Source: an uncultured Bacilli bacterium (GTDB lineage Bacteria; Bacillota_I; Bacilli_A; RF39; UBA660). Taken from it: a DNA stretch of 64,000 bases. This document shows, piece after piece, positions 37,410-46,370 of this stretch. The position numbers and the translations under genes are program-made. The stretch spans positions 75,880 through 139,879 of the forward strand of contig CALVIG010000002.1 in assembly GCA_944329425.1 (NCBI GenBank), given 5' to 3'. The notes below the pieces were generated by a model that ran no database searches, was not told where the DNA came from, and worked only from the letters and a program-made list of their open reading frames with translations. How positions within the stretch are numbered: the stretch's first letter is position 1; the number at the start of each line of letters is the position of its first letter.

Positions 37410-38546
37410 ATGGAATTTAAAAACTATAAAATGGAAGATATTGCAACTTTTTCTCAAGGCAAACAAGTTGAAATAGAAAATCAATATACAGAAAAAAAAG
37501 AAAATATGAGAAGATTTTTAAGAATTATTGATTTTACTAATCCAAATGAACCAATTAGATATGTTGAAGATTTTGGAGATAGATATTATGCAAAAAAAGA
37601 TGATTTAGTAATGATAAGATATGGATCTCAGACTTGTGGTAAAGTTGTAATTGGAAAAGAAGGAATTATTGCTAATAATATGTTTAAAATTAATTTAGAT
37701 AATTCAATTGTATTAAATAGATATGCTTATTATTATCTAAAACAAGATATTGTTTATAATTATCTTCGTGGTTCACAAAATTCTTCTACAATGCCATCTA
37801 TTAATTTTGGAATTTTAAATAAACTTGAAATAGAAGTTCCAAGTATAGATAATCAAAGAAAAATAGTTAAAATATTAAATGATATTGATGAAAAAATTGA
37901 TTTAAATAATCAAATAAATAATAATTTGTATGAGATGGGAGATAATTTATATAATGAATATTTTGGTAAGTATAAAGATAATTTACCATCTGATTATAAC
38001 ATTGTTAAATTAAATGAAGTTGCTGATAACTTTGATTCAAAAAGAAAACCAATGTCCAATAGAGAAAGAAAACAACATAGAGGAATATATCCATATTATG
38101 GGGCGACTTCAATCATAGATTATGTTGATGATTATATTTTTGATGATACATATTTACTAATGGGTGAAGATGGAACTGTTAAGACTGATGATGGATATCC
38201 AGTTCTACAATATATATGGGGTAAAAACTGGATTAATAATCATGCTCATGTATTAAAAGGTAAAAATATTTCAACTGAATTATTAATGTTTGCTTTAAGA
38301 AAAATTAACATTGAAAATATTATTACTGGAGCTGTTCAACCAAAAATAAATCAAGAAAATATGAATAAAATAGAATTTGTTATTGGTTCAGATTCTAAAA
38401 ATAAAGAGTTAGAAGATATTCTTAAAAAATTAATGGATAAGTCAAAAAATATAATTGAAGAGAATAAAAGATTAGAAGAATTAAGAGAAACATTATTACC
38501 AAAATTAATGAATGGTGAAATAGATTTAGATAAAATAGAATTGTAA
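37410..38546 (+). CDS. hsdS: Type I restriction-modification system, specificity subunit
   Basis: Two target-recognition domains separated by conserved helices ('IPSIDNQRKIVKILNDIDEKI', 'LEELRETLLPKLMNGEIDL'). ATG at 37410 after 'aggagaaaggag'. Confidence 0.9.
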   Translation: MEFKNYKMEDIATFSQGKQVEIENQYTEKKENMRRFLRIIDFTNPNEPIRYVEDFGDRYYAKKDDLVMIRYGSQTCGKVVIGKEGIIANNMFKINLDNSIVLNRYAYYYLKQDIVYNYLRGSQNSSTMPSINFGILNKLEIEVPSIDNQRKIVKILNDIDEKIDLNNQINNNLYEMGDNLYNEYFGKYKDNLPSDYNIVKLNEVADNFDSKRKPMSNRERKQHRGIYPYYGATSIIDYVDDYIFDDTYLLMGEDGTVKTDDGYPVLQYIWGKNWINNHAHVLKGKNISTELLMFALRKINIENIITGAVQPKINQENMNKIEFVIGSDSKNKELEDILKKLMDKSKNIIEENKRLEELRETLLPKLMNGEIDLDKIEL

Positions 38547-38569
38547 TTTTAATGTTGTTAGGAGAAAAA

Positions 38570-38929
38570 ATGAAGAAAGAAAAACTAAAATTTGAAGAAA
38601 AGTATTTTAAAATTCAAAAAGAATTTAAATCTAACCAATGGAAAAAATCTCAACTTGAAAAATATATTTTGAATATACAAGCTGAAAAAGTAAAATTGGA
38701 AACTCTCATTAAATTGGTAGAAATAGGGACTGTTCCATTATCATTGTCTTTTTTATCCTTTATTCTTTCTTTAACTCAATTTAAAATAGTTGCTATAATA
38801 TTGTTATTATTAATTTTCATAATAATGACATTAAGTATATCATTTATAATTATATATAAGTGTAAAAAAAGTATATTTCAAATTGAAATGATAATTGATT
38901 TGGCAAATAAAATTATTAATAAAAAGTGA
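38570..38929 (+). CDS. Small membrane protein of unknown function embedded in the hsd operon (119 aa; N-terminal charged helix plus 2 TM segments)
   Basis: RBS 'aggagaaaaa', then ATG 24 nt after the hsdS stop. 'VPLSLSFLSFILSL' and 'IVAIILLLLIFIIMTLSISFIIIY' are hydrophobic spans. Confidence 0.6.
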   Translation: MKKEKLKFEEKYFKIQKEFKSNQWKKSQLEKYILNIQAEKVKLETLIKLVEIGTVPLSLSFLSFILSLTQFKIVAIILLLLIFIIMTLSISFIIIYKCKKSIFQIEMIIDLANKIINKK

Positions 38930-38959
38930 TCATACAAATTGTGATTTGCTGGAGGTAAA

Positions 38960-39472
38960 ATGAAGGGTATAGAATTAATAATTAACTTTTTAACTGCAAT
39001 TGGAACTATAGGAGCGGTAATTGTGGCATTATATCTTAACAATATTAATAGTAAACCAAAATTAAAAATTGTTAAAATTTATACTGAAGATGAGGAAAAA
39101 CTATATTTTGCGTTTCAAATATTTAATAATGGAAGTTTTGAACCAATAGTAAAACAACTTGGGTTTTCGAATAAAAAGAAAATGAAATGGCAAAAATTAG
39201 GCGATAGTAGAAGGCAATATAAAAAGGAATTTTTAGACGAAGAATTACTGGATAAGATTTCTTATTATCATTATCCAGTAAAGATTAAGACTGGAGAAAT
39301 GTTAGGAATATTATTAAATAGAAGTGAACTTTTAGATATAAAGGATAATTTAAAATTAGGACGAATAAGATTAAAATTAATATTTATAGATGAATCAAGA
39401 ATATCTATAAAACTATCTAGAAAAGAAATAGATAAATATTTAGAAGAAACAAATAAGTTTGGAAGTGATTAA
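38960..39472 (+). CDS. N-terminally anchored protein of unknown function embedded in the hsd operon (170 aa)
   Basis: RBS 'ggaggtaaa'. N-terminal TM 'LIINFLTAIGTIGAVIVALYL', then a soluble domain of about 140 aa. The stop lies 4 nt before the hsdR ATG. Confidence 0.6.
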   Translation: MKGIELIINFLTAIGTIGAVIVALYLNNINSKPKLKIVKIYTEDEEKLYFAFQIFNNGSFEPIVKQLGFSNKKKMKWQKLGDSRRQYKKEFLDEELLDKISYYHYPVKIKTGEMLGILLNRSELLDIKDNLKLGRIRLKLIFIDESRISIKLSRKEIDKYLEETNKFGSD

Positions 39473-39476
39473 TAAT

Positions 39477-42400
39477 ATGTTTACAGAAGAAATGTTAGAA
39501 GAAATGACAATGAATTTGTTATTGGAATTAGGATATGATTGTAAAAATGGATATGAAATAGACAGAGATTTCCATAGTGTTTTTGATGATAACATTTTAT
39601 TTAATTCTATTGCAAATATAAATAGAGATTTTAATGCTGAGCAAATAAATGAAGCAATAAAAATTATTAAGAATTTAACTCATAATAATGTTGTTGAAGA
39701 TAATAAAGTGTTTACAAAATATTTATTACAAGGTGTACCAGTGGAAGTTAAAACTAATACTGGATATCAGTATAAAAATGTTAAATTAATTGATTTTGAT
39801 AATATAGAAAATAATCACTTTCAAGCTATTAATCAATTTACTATTATTGAATTTGAACAAAAAAGACCAGATATAATTATATTCGTAAATAGTATTCCTT
39901 TAGTAGTTATTGAACTTAAAACAGCTACTAATGAGGATGTAAATCTAAAAGATGCTTATAATCAATTATGGAGGTATAGAGAAATGTCTATACCAACATT
40001 ATTTAGATATAATCAGTTTTTAGTTATAAGTGATGGAGTAACTGCTAAAGCCGGAACAATTACAAGTCCATATAGTAGATTTAGTGATTGGAAAAAGATT
40101 GAAGATACTGATGAAGTAAGAGAAAATATGGATACTCATTTAACACTATTTAATGGTATGTTTAGAAAAGATAGATTATTAGATTTAATAGAAAATTATA
40201 TTTTATATAGTAATGATGCTAAAATTTTAGCTCAATATCATCAATATTTTGGCGTTAAAAAAGCAATTAAATCAACGGTTACTAATGGTGTTAAAACTGG
40301 TAAAGCTGGAATTGTTTGGCATACACAAGGATCTGGTAAATCATTTAGCATGGTATTTTACGCTGGTAATATGATTAGGTTATTATTAAATCCAACTATA
40401 TTAGTTGTAACTGATAGAAATGATTTAGATAATCAGTTATATGAAACATTCTATAAATGTTCTAATTTTTTAAAACAAAAACCTATACAGGCTGATTCAA
40501 GAAGTGATTTAAAGGAACTTCTTAAAGATAGAGTTGCAGGTGGAGTATTTTTTACAACTTTACAAAAATTTGAAGAAGAATCTGGATTATTCTCAGATAG
40601 AGATGATATTTTAGTTTTAGTAGATGAAGCACATAGAAGCCACTATGGATTAGAAGCTACTATGAAATTAAATTTAGAAACAATGCAAGCTTATAAAAAA
40701 TATGGTACTGCAAAATTTTTGCATGATGCATTACCTAATGCAATTTATATTGGATTTACTGGAACTCCAATAGAAACTAAGGATAAGTCAACATCTTCAA
40801 TATTTGGTAACGTTATTGATACTTATGATATGACTCAAGCAATCCTAGATGGTTCAACGGTACCAATTTCTTATGAATCGAGAATGGCTAGAGTAGGATT
40901 GAATCAAAAAATACTTGATGAAATAGATAGATATTATGCTTTTGTAGAAGAGTCTGGAGCAGCTGATGAAGTTGCTATAAATAAATCAAAACAAATGATG
41001 GCAAAAATTTCTCAAGTAATAGAAGATGAAGACAGATTAGAATTAATTGTAAAAGATATTATTAGTCATTATGAAGAAAGAAAAAATATGACTGCAAATC
41101 ATGCTATGGTAGTTGCTTATTCAAGAAAAAGTGCTTATATAATGTATAAGAAATTTTTAGAGATAAGACCAGATTATAAAGATGTAGTAAATATGGTTAT
41201 TACACCAAGTAATAAAGATCCAGAAGAAATGCAAAAAGCAATTGGTACTAAAGGTGATAAAAAAGAATTAGAAAGAAGATTTAAAAGTGAAGATGCAGAT
41301 GAAAAATTTAAAATAGCAATTGTAGTTGATATGTGGCTTACAGGATTTGATGTTCCACAACTTGGTACAATGTATATTGATAAACCAATGAAAGCTCATA
41401 ACTTAATGCAAGCTATTGCGAGAGTTAATAGGGTTTATAAAGATAAAACAGGCGGATTAATTGTAGATTATATTGGTTTAAAAGGATGGTTATTAGATGC
41501 TTTAAAAACATATACAAAAAGAGATCAAAATAAAATAACTGATACAAAAGAATTAGTAAATGTATTATTAGATAAAATTGAAATTATTGATAATATGTTT
41601 AATGATTTTGATTATTCTAAGTTTAAAGAATTAGATAACACAGGAAAATATCAATTAATTAGAGATGGAGCAAATTTAATGTTATCTACTGAAGATACAA
41701 AACGTAGGTATATGAAACATAGTGGGGATGTTAAAAATCTATATACATTATGTAATGGTGTTGTTAGTAATTTAGTTAAAGATAAATGTTTATTTATTAT
41801 TTCGGTAAAATCATTTATATCTAAAATAACAAATACTGGTAAATTAGATGTATCAGAAATTAATCAAACAGTAGGTAGAATGTTAGAGGAATCTATTACA
41901 GAAGATGAATTAATTAATTTAGGAGAATTAACTAGAGGAAATAGTTTAGAATTATTAAGTGATACTATGTTAAGTAAACTTAGAGCTATGAAAGATAAAA
42001 ATGTTGTTGCCGAGGTATTATCTAGAGCAATCAAAACAACTATAAGTGATATTGGTAAAATAAATTTAACAATACAGGAGAAGTTTTCTACAAAATTCAA
42101 TAAGATAGTTGATATGTATAATGAAAGAACAGATATAGCAGATATAGAAAAAATAATTGAAGAAATGATTAATTTAAAAAAAGAAATAGAAGATGAAATT
42201 GCCAATGGTAATGAGTATAATTTATCTCCAGAAGAAAAAGCATTTTTTGATGCTTTGGGTGCTGATCCTGAAATTAAAGAATTAATGAAAGATGACGTTT
42301 TAGTACAAATAGCAAAAGATTTAGTAGAATTAATTAATAAAAACTTAACTCTTGATGCATTTAAAAGGGAAGATGCTAGAGCTAGAATTAGAAGTAATAT

Positions 42401-42500
42401 AAGAAGATTACTTATCAAATATAATTACCCTCCAGTAAAAAGGGAAGGTGCTGTTGATAAGGTAATTAAGCAAGCAGAATTAAAGTATGCAAATAATTAA
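39477..42500 (+). CDS. hsdR: Type I restriction-modification system, restriction (helicase-nuclease) subunit
   Basis: N-terminal PD-(D/E)xK 'RPDIIIFVNSIPLVVIELK', Walker A 'HTQGSGKS', DEAH 'LVDEAHRSHYG', 'GFTGTP', 'QAIARVNR'. Confidence 0.95.
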   Translation: MFTEEMLEEMTMNLLLELGYDCKNGYEIDRDFHSVFDDNILFNSIANINRDFNAEQINEAIKIIKNLTHNNVVEDNKVFTKYLLQGVPVEVKTNTGYQYKNVKLIDFDNIENNHFQAINQFTIIEFEQKRPDIIIFVNSIPLVVIELKTATNEDVNLKDAYNQLWRYREMSIPTLFRYNQFLVISDGVTAKAGTITSPYSRFSDWKKIEDTDEVRENMDTHLTLFNGMFRKDRLLDLIENYILYSNDAKILAQYHQYFGVKKAIKSTVTNGVKTGKAGIVWHTQGSGKSFSMVFYAGNMIRLLLNPTILVVTDRNDLDNQLYETFYKCSNFLKQKPIQADSRSDLKELLKDRVAGGVFFTTLQKFEEESGLFSDRDDILVLVDEAHRSHYGLEATMKLNLETMQAYKKYGTAKFLHDALPNAIYIGFTGTPIETKDKSTSSIFGNVIDTYDMTQAILDGSTVPISYESRMARVGLNQKILDEIDRYYAFVEESGAADEVAINKSKQMMAKISQVIEDEDRLELIVKDIISHYEERKNMTANHAMVVAYSRKSAYIMYKKFLEIRPDYKDVVNMVITPSNKDPEEMQKAIGTKGDKKELERRFKSEDADEKFKIAIVVDMWLTGFDVPQLGTMYIDKPMKAHNLMQAIARVNRVYKDKTGGLIVDYIGLKGWLLDALKTYTKRDQNKITDTKELVNVLLDKIEIIDNMFNDFDYSKFKELDNTGKYQLIRDGANLMLSTEDTKRRYMKHSGDVKNLYTLCNGVVSNLVKDKCLFIISVKSFISKITNTGKLDVSEINQTVGRMLEESITEDELINLGELTRGNSLELLSDTMLSKLRAMKDKNVVAEVLSRAIKTTISDIGKINLTIQEKFSTKFNKIVDMYNERTDIADIEKIIEEMINLKKEIEDEIANGNEYNLSPEEKAFFDALGADPEIKELMKDDVLVQIAKDLVELINKNLTLDAFKREDARARIRSNIRRLLIKYNYPPVKREGAVDKVIKQAELKYANN

Positions 42501-42527
42501 TAAACTATTTAGAATTTATTTAAAAAA

Positions 42528-42536
42528 TGTTATAAT
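42528..42536 (+). promoter_or_regulatory. Extended -10 promoter element TGTTATAAT
   Basis: tgttataat sits 28 nt after the hsdR stop and 72 nt before the next ATG. Confidence 0.45.
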
Positions 42537-42608
42537 AACTCTAGATACTAAAGGGTATATTTCGTTTTTAATAATGGAATATGCTCTTTTTTGATTGGAG
42601 GAAATATT

Positions 42609-43709
42609 ATGAAAGATAATTTAAGTACAATAAAATATTCTATACAGGATAAAAAATTTAAATATCACATGATAAAATCACAATTAAAAAAAGATAGTTT
42701 AATTTCTAAAAAAACTCATCCGTTAAAAGAAGTAGAAAATTATAAGAAAAAATTAATGAATAAAAAATTATTAGAAAATTATAATGCTGATTATTATGTT
42801 TTAAAAAAAACAATAAAAGTTGGAGGCTTAATGGCATATAATTTGTATTCTGGAAAAATTAAAAAAGAGTTTGAAATTAATTACCCAATTGTTATAAATA
42901 AAAGTGATGATATGATAAAACAAGAATTTAAAATAAAAAATATTTTTTCTATAGATTCTATATTACATAATAATGTTAATATAGGAGCTTATAAATTAAA
43001 GAAAATCAGTAAATTAGAAATAAATTTTAATTTTATATCGGAACATAATGCAGATAAATTTTCTCCAGTAGAAGAGATAATCAAAAATTTATTAATTAAA
43101 TATTCACATATTAGCAAACATGCCAGGCATGGTATATCTAAGTTTAAAGAATGTGATATTGTTGATGAAACAACAAATAAACAAATAGAAGTAATAACAG
43201 AATTTAAAAATAGATTAAAAAAAGATAAAACTCCTCAAAAAAATATAGATATGCTAATTATTGAATGTGTTGACAACAATCTAATAAAAACTTCTAAGGC
43301 TTTAATAGAAAAATATATTAAAAAAGACTATACTTCTAAATACGAAAAGCAGCTTGCTATTTTTTGTATAGGAACCAGGCAAGCAGTTGTAACAATGTTG
43401 GAAAAATTAGCTGATAATTTAAAAGAAACTGTTATAAAGAATAATTTTAAAAAATTATATATTTTATTTTATGATTTTGTGAAAGAGAAATATTATTGGT
43501 ATCCAACAGAAAAAAATGATGTAAAAAAAGTTAATAATATAGTGGACAGAATTATTTATAAAACTAATATTAATTATAAAGATATACTTAATAATGAAAA
43601 ATATTTAATTGAATGTAAAAATATATTTAATTCAGATATAATGATTACTTTTCTTACAGGAAAAGAAATAAAGGATTTTGCTAACAGAATCGAATTAATA
43701 ATAGATTAA
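42609..43709 (+). CDS. Hypothetical protein (366 aa) directly downstream of hsdR
   Basis: RBS 'ttggagga'. No confident domain. 'CDIVDETTNKQIEVITEFK' could be read as a D...E.K nuclease-like core, but this is speculative. Confidence 0.5.
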   Translation: MKDNLSTIKYSIQDKKFKYHMIKSQLKKDSLISKKTHPLKEVENYKKKLMNKKLLENYNADYYVLKKTIKVGGLMAYNLYSGKIKKEFEINYPIVINKSDDMIKQEFKIKNIFSIDSILHNNVNIGAYKLKKISKLEINFNFISEHNADKFSPVEEIIKNLLIKYSHISKHARHGISKFKECDIVDETTNKQIEVITEFKNRLKKDKTPQKNIDMLIIECVDNNLIKTSKALIEKYIKKDYTSKYEKQLAIFCIGTRQAVVTMLEKLADNLKETVIKNNFKKLYILFYDFVKEKYYWYPTEKNDVKKVNNIVDRIIYKTNINYKDILNNEKYLIECKNIFNSDIMITFLTGKEIKDFANRIELIID

Positions 43710-43894
43710 TTTTAGATATGATTTAGGTACTAAATCACTAAATAGAGCTGGTAAATTACGAAAGTATCAATAATAAATTAGGAAAGTTTAATCAAAAGCA
43801 TTTTTAACCGCAAAAGAATCAATCAACTATCTCCCTGAAGGAACTTAATTGCTCCTTTTTTAATTTGTGTTATAATACCATTAAGGAGAATACT

Positions 43895-45115
43895 ATGAAA
43901 GATTATTATAAGGCTTATGATGAAAGATATAAAGAAGTTCATAAAAGAAATTTATTATGGGAGTATGAAGATCCTACTAAAGAAATAAGTGATATTATTA
44001 ATAAATACAAAATTAATAAAAAAGATAAAATATTGGATCTAGGTTGTGGTGAAGGAAGAGATACAATTTATTTATTAAATAAAGGTTATAATGTTTTAGG
44101 TGTTGATTATTCTAAAGAAGCTATTAAAAAATGTAATGAACTTACAAATAATAAATATTGTAATAACTTTAAACAGTTTGATTTAATACAAGATAAAATA
44201 AGTGAAAAGTTTAAGTTTATTTATTCTATGTCAGTTATTCATATGTTTGTATTAGAAGAGCATAGAAATAAGTTTTTAAAGTTTATTTATGATCATTTAG
44301 AAGATGATGGTATAGCTTTTATAACTAGTATGGGTAATGGAAAAGAAGAAAGTAAATCTGATATTACTAAGGCTTTTGATAAGGTAGAAAAAACAGTACA
44401 AAAAAGTAATGTTAAAGTAAAAGTTACAAATACCTCATGCATGAAAGTATCATGGAATAAATTATTAGAAGAAATAGGTAATAATGATTTAATGGTGGTA
44501 GATAAATTCTTATCAGAAGAAATTCCAGGTTTTAATATTTCTATGTGTGTGATAGTTAAAAAGAAAAATGCTAAAAAGAATCTTGAATTATACGTTCCTA
44601 GGTTAGAAGATTATTGGTATGAAAAAAAGTTAAATGAAGATGAAAAAACAATGAGTTATAATGCAGGTTATGACGTATCATATTATGGATATCATTATGA
44701 TACAGGTTGTATTGATTTTCCTAAAGAAAGATGGAAAATAAAGTATGATAAAAGAAAAAAAGAAAATATGTTTTTTGCATATATAAAAGATGTTTCATTA
44801 AATAAATATGTAGGTTATTGTAATTATTATTATAATAATGATTCTAATAGATATGAGTGTGGTATTTTAATAGAATATAAATATAGAAAAAAAGGTTATT
44901 CCAAACCAGCTTTAAAATTATTATGTGAAACTGCTTTTAAAAATGGTATTAAAAAATTATATGATAACTTTGAAAAAGATAGAGATAATAATACTTTAAA
45001 GTTATTTAAAGAAGTTGGTTTTAAAGTAGTAGAAGAGCTAAAATGGAAAAAATTTAATAAGTGCGTTAAAGGAGTTTTAGTTTGTATTACAAAAGAAAAC
45101 TTATTGGAGGATTAG
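43895..45115 (+). CDS. Fusion of a class I SAM-dependent methyltransferase and a GNAT N-acetyltransferase
   Basis: Motif I 'ILDLGCGEGRDTIYLLNKGYNVLGVDYS'. C-terminal GNAT core 'YRKKGYSKPALKLLCETAF ... LKLFKEVGFKVVEE'. Extended -10 at 43868-43876. Confidence 0.75.
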   Translation: MKDYYKAYDERYKEVHKRNLLWEYEDPTKEISDIINKYKINKKDKILDLGCGEGRDTIYLLNKGYNVLGVDYSKEAIKKCNELTNNKYCNNFKQFDLIQDKISEKFKFIYSMSVIHMFVLEEHRNKFLKFIYDHLEDDGIAFITSMGNGKEESKSDITKAFDKVEKTVQKSNVKVKVTNTSCMKVSWNKLLEEIGNNDLMVVDKFLSEEIPGFNISMCVIVKKKNAKKNLELYVPRLEDYWYEKKLNEDEKTMSYNAGYDVSYYGYHYDTGCIDFPKERWKIKYDKRKKENMFFAYIKDVSLNKYVGYCNYYYNNDSNRYECGILIEYKYRKKGYSKPALKLLCETAFKNGIKKLYDNFEKDRDNNTLKLFKEVGFKVVEELKWKKFNKCVKGVLVCITKENLLED

Positions 45116-45610
45116 ATGAAGATAGTAGACTATGAAGATAAATATTTAGAAGATGTAAAAGATTTATTAGTTGAATTAGAAGAATACATAGTAAGTATAG
45201 ATAAAGATAATTTAGATATAGTTCATCCAGAATATCGTGATAAGATGGCATTATTAGATTTAAAAAAAATAAATGAAAATAATGGTAAGTGTTATCTTGC
45301 AGTAGAAAATAATAAAGCTGTAGGATTAATTATGGGAGCTATTTTTCCATATGATGAATATGATTATCTTGATTATAAATGTCCTAAACGTGGAGAAATA
45401 ACTGAATTAATAGTTTCAAAAAATATTAGAAGTAAAGGTGTAGGAAACCTATTAATGAATAAGATGGAAGAGTATTTTAAATCATTAGGATGTGAATATG
45501 TTTTAGTTGATGTTTTTGCATACAATGAAAATGGTATAAAATTTTATAATAAAAATAATTATCATAATAGAATGCATACAATGATAAAAAAATTAGATGA
45601 TAATAAATAA
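45116..45610 (+). CDS. GNAT-family N-acetyltransferase
   Basis: 'ELIVSKNIRSKGVGNLLMNKMEEYFKSLGCEYVLVDVFAYNENGIKFYNKNNY' (R/Q-x-x-G-x-G/A acetyl-CoA motif). Confidence 0.85.
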   Translation: MKIVDYEDKYLEDVKDLLVELEEYIVSIDKDNLDIVHPEYRDKMALLDLKKINENNGKCYLAVENNKAVGLIMGAIFPYDEYDYLDYKCPKRGEITELIVSKNIRSKGVGNLLMNKMEEYFKSLGCEYVLVDVFAYNENGIKFYNKNNYHNRMHTMIKKLDDNK

Positions 45611-45692
45611 TAAATATAAATTAAAAAATAAAGAATTAATTAAATTAATAAAAAATGATTTAATAAGAAAAAAATAATTGGAGAACTAAAAA

Positions 45693-46235
45693 ATGAAAAA
45701 TTACGAAACCAAAAGATTGGAAACAGAAAGATTAATAATAGATAAAGGAACTTCTGATGCTTGTAAAAAAATTTATGAATATGATTTAACTAAATGTACA
45801 GGTGTCGATGGCAGAAATGAACTTGTAAAATGTAAAAAAGAAATAGATTTTATTGGTGATGACCCAGATAGTTATTACAAAGAATGCGAAAACGATAGAC
45901 TATTCGATTGGTATATTTTTTTAAAAACCACAAATGAACCAGTAGCAAATATAATAGCGGATAGAGAAAACGAAGAAGAAAAGTCAATTGAAGTATCATA
46001 TAACACCCATCCAAAATACTGGGGTAATGGATATGTTCCAGAGGCGTTAAAAGAAATCTCAAATTACTTAAAATCACTAGGGTATAAAAAAATAGTTGTA
46101 CATTTTTATGAAGAAAATGAAAAATCAAAAAGGGTTTGTGAAAAGCTTGGATTTAAATTTGAAAAAAAAGAATTAAAATACTTTAAACCTAGTGATAAGT
46201 ATATTAATGATTATGAGTATATATTATATTTATAA
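45693..46235 (+). CDS. GNAT-family N-acetyltransferase (RimJ/RimL-like)
   Basis: 'TERLII', 'YNTHPKYWGNGYVPEALKEISNYLKSLGYKKIVVHFYEENEKSKRVCEKLGFKF'. Confidence 0.8.
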   Translation: MKNYETKRLETERLIIDKGTSDACKKIYEYDLTKCTGVDGRNELVKCKKEIDFIGDDPDSYYKECENDRLFDWYIFLKTTNEPVANIIADRENEEEKSIEVSYNTHPKYWGNGYVPEALKEISNYLKSLGYKKIVVHFYEENEKSKRVCEKLGFKFEKKELKYFKPSDKYINDYEYILYL

Positions 46236-46370
46236 TTATTTATTAAATAAACTATAAGGAATTTTAGAAAGAATAAAAAGTTACGTTTTAGAAAGCATTA
46301 AAAATACGCAAAATTTGAATCCGCAATATGTTAAAGTTTTAGAACGTGCTAAAGATAGAAGATGATAAAT

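Noticed and set aside
37410-38546. Phase-variable hsdS shuffling (extra hsdS half-genes, inverted repeats or a nearby recombinase).
   Set aside because: Only one complete hsdS with two target-recognition domains is present. No silent hsdS fragments, long inverted repeats or recombinase gene appear in or near the operon.
41864-42418. The 184-aa minus-strand ORF inside hsdR. The same applies to 48577-49200 inside the ATPase, 15600-16142 inside ffh and 26328-26672 inside pdp.
   Set aside because: All are antisense to genes with unambiguous catalytic motifs. Their low-complexity S/L/I/F composition is consistent with reverse-frame reading of K/E/N-rich genes.
43710-43894. The spacer between the orphan ORF and the MT-GNAT gene, which is somewhat more GC-rich than its surroundings and carries short open frames (for example LGTKSLNRAGKLRKYQ).
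   Set aside because: The fragments are too short and lack start, RBS or motif, so I could not support a pseudogene or an RNA structure. It remains only a possible junction between separately acquired segments.
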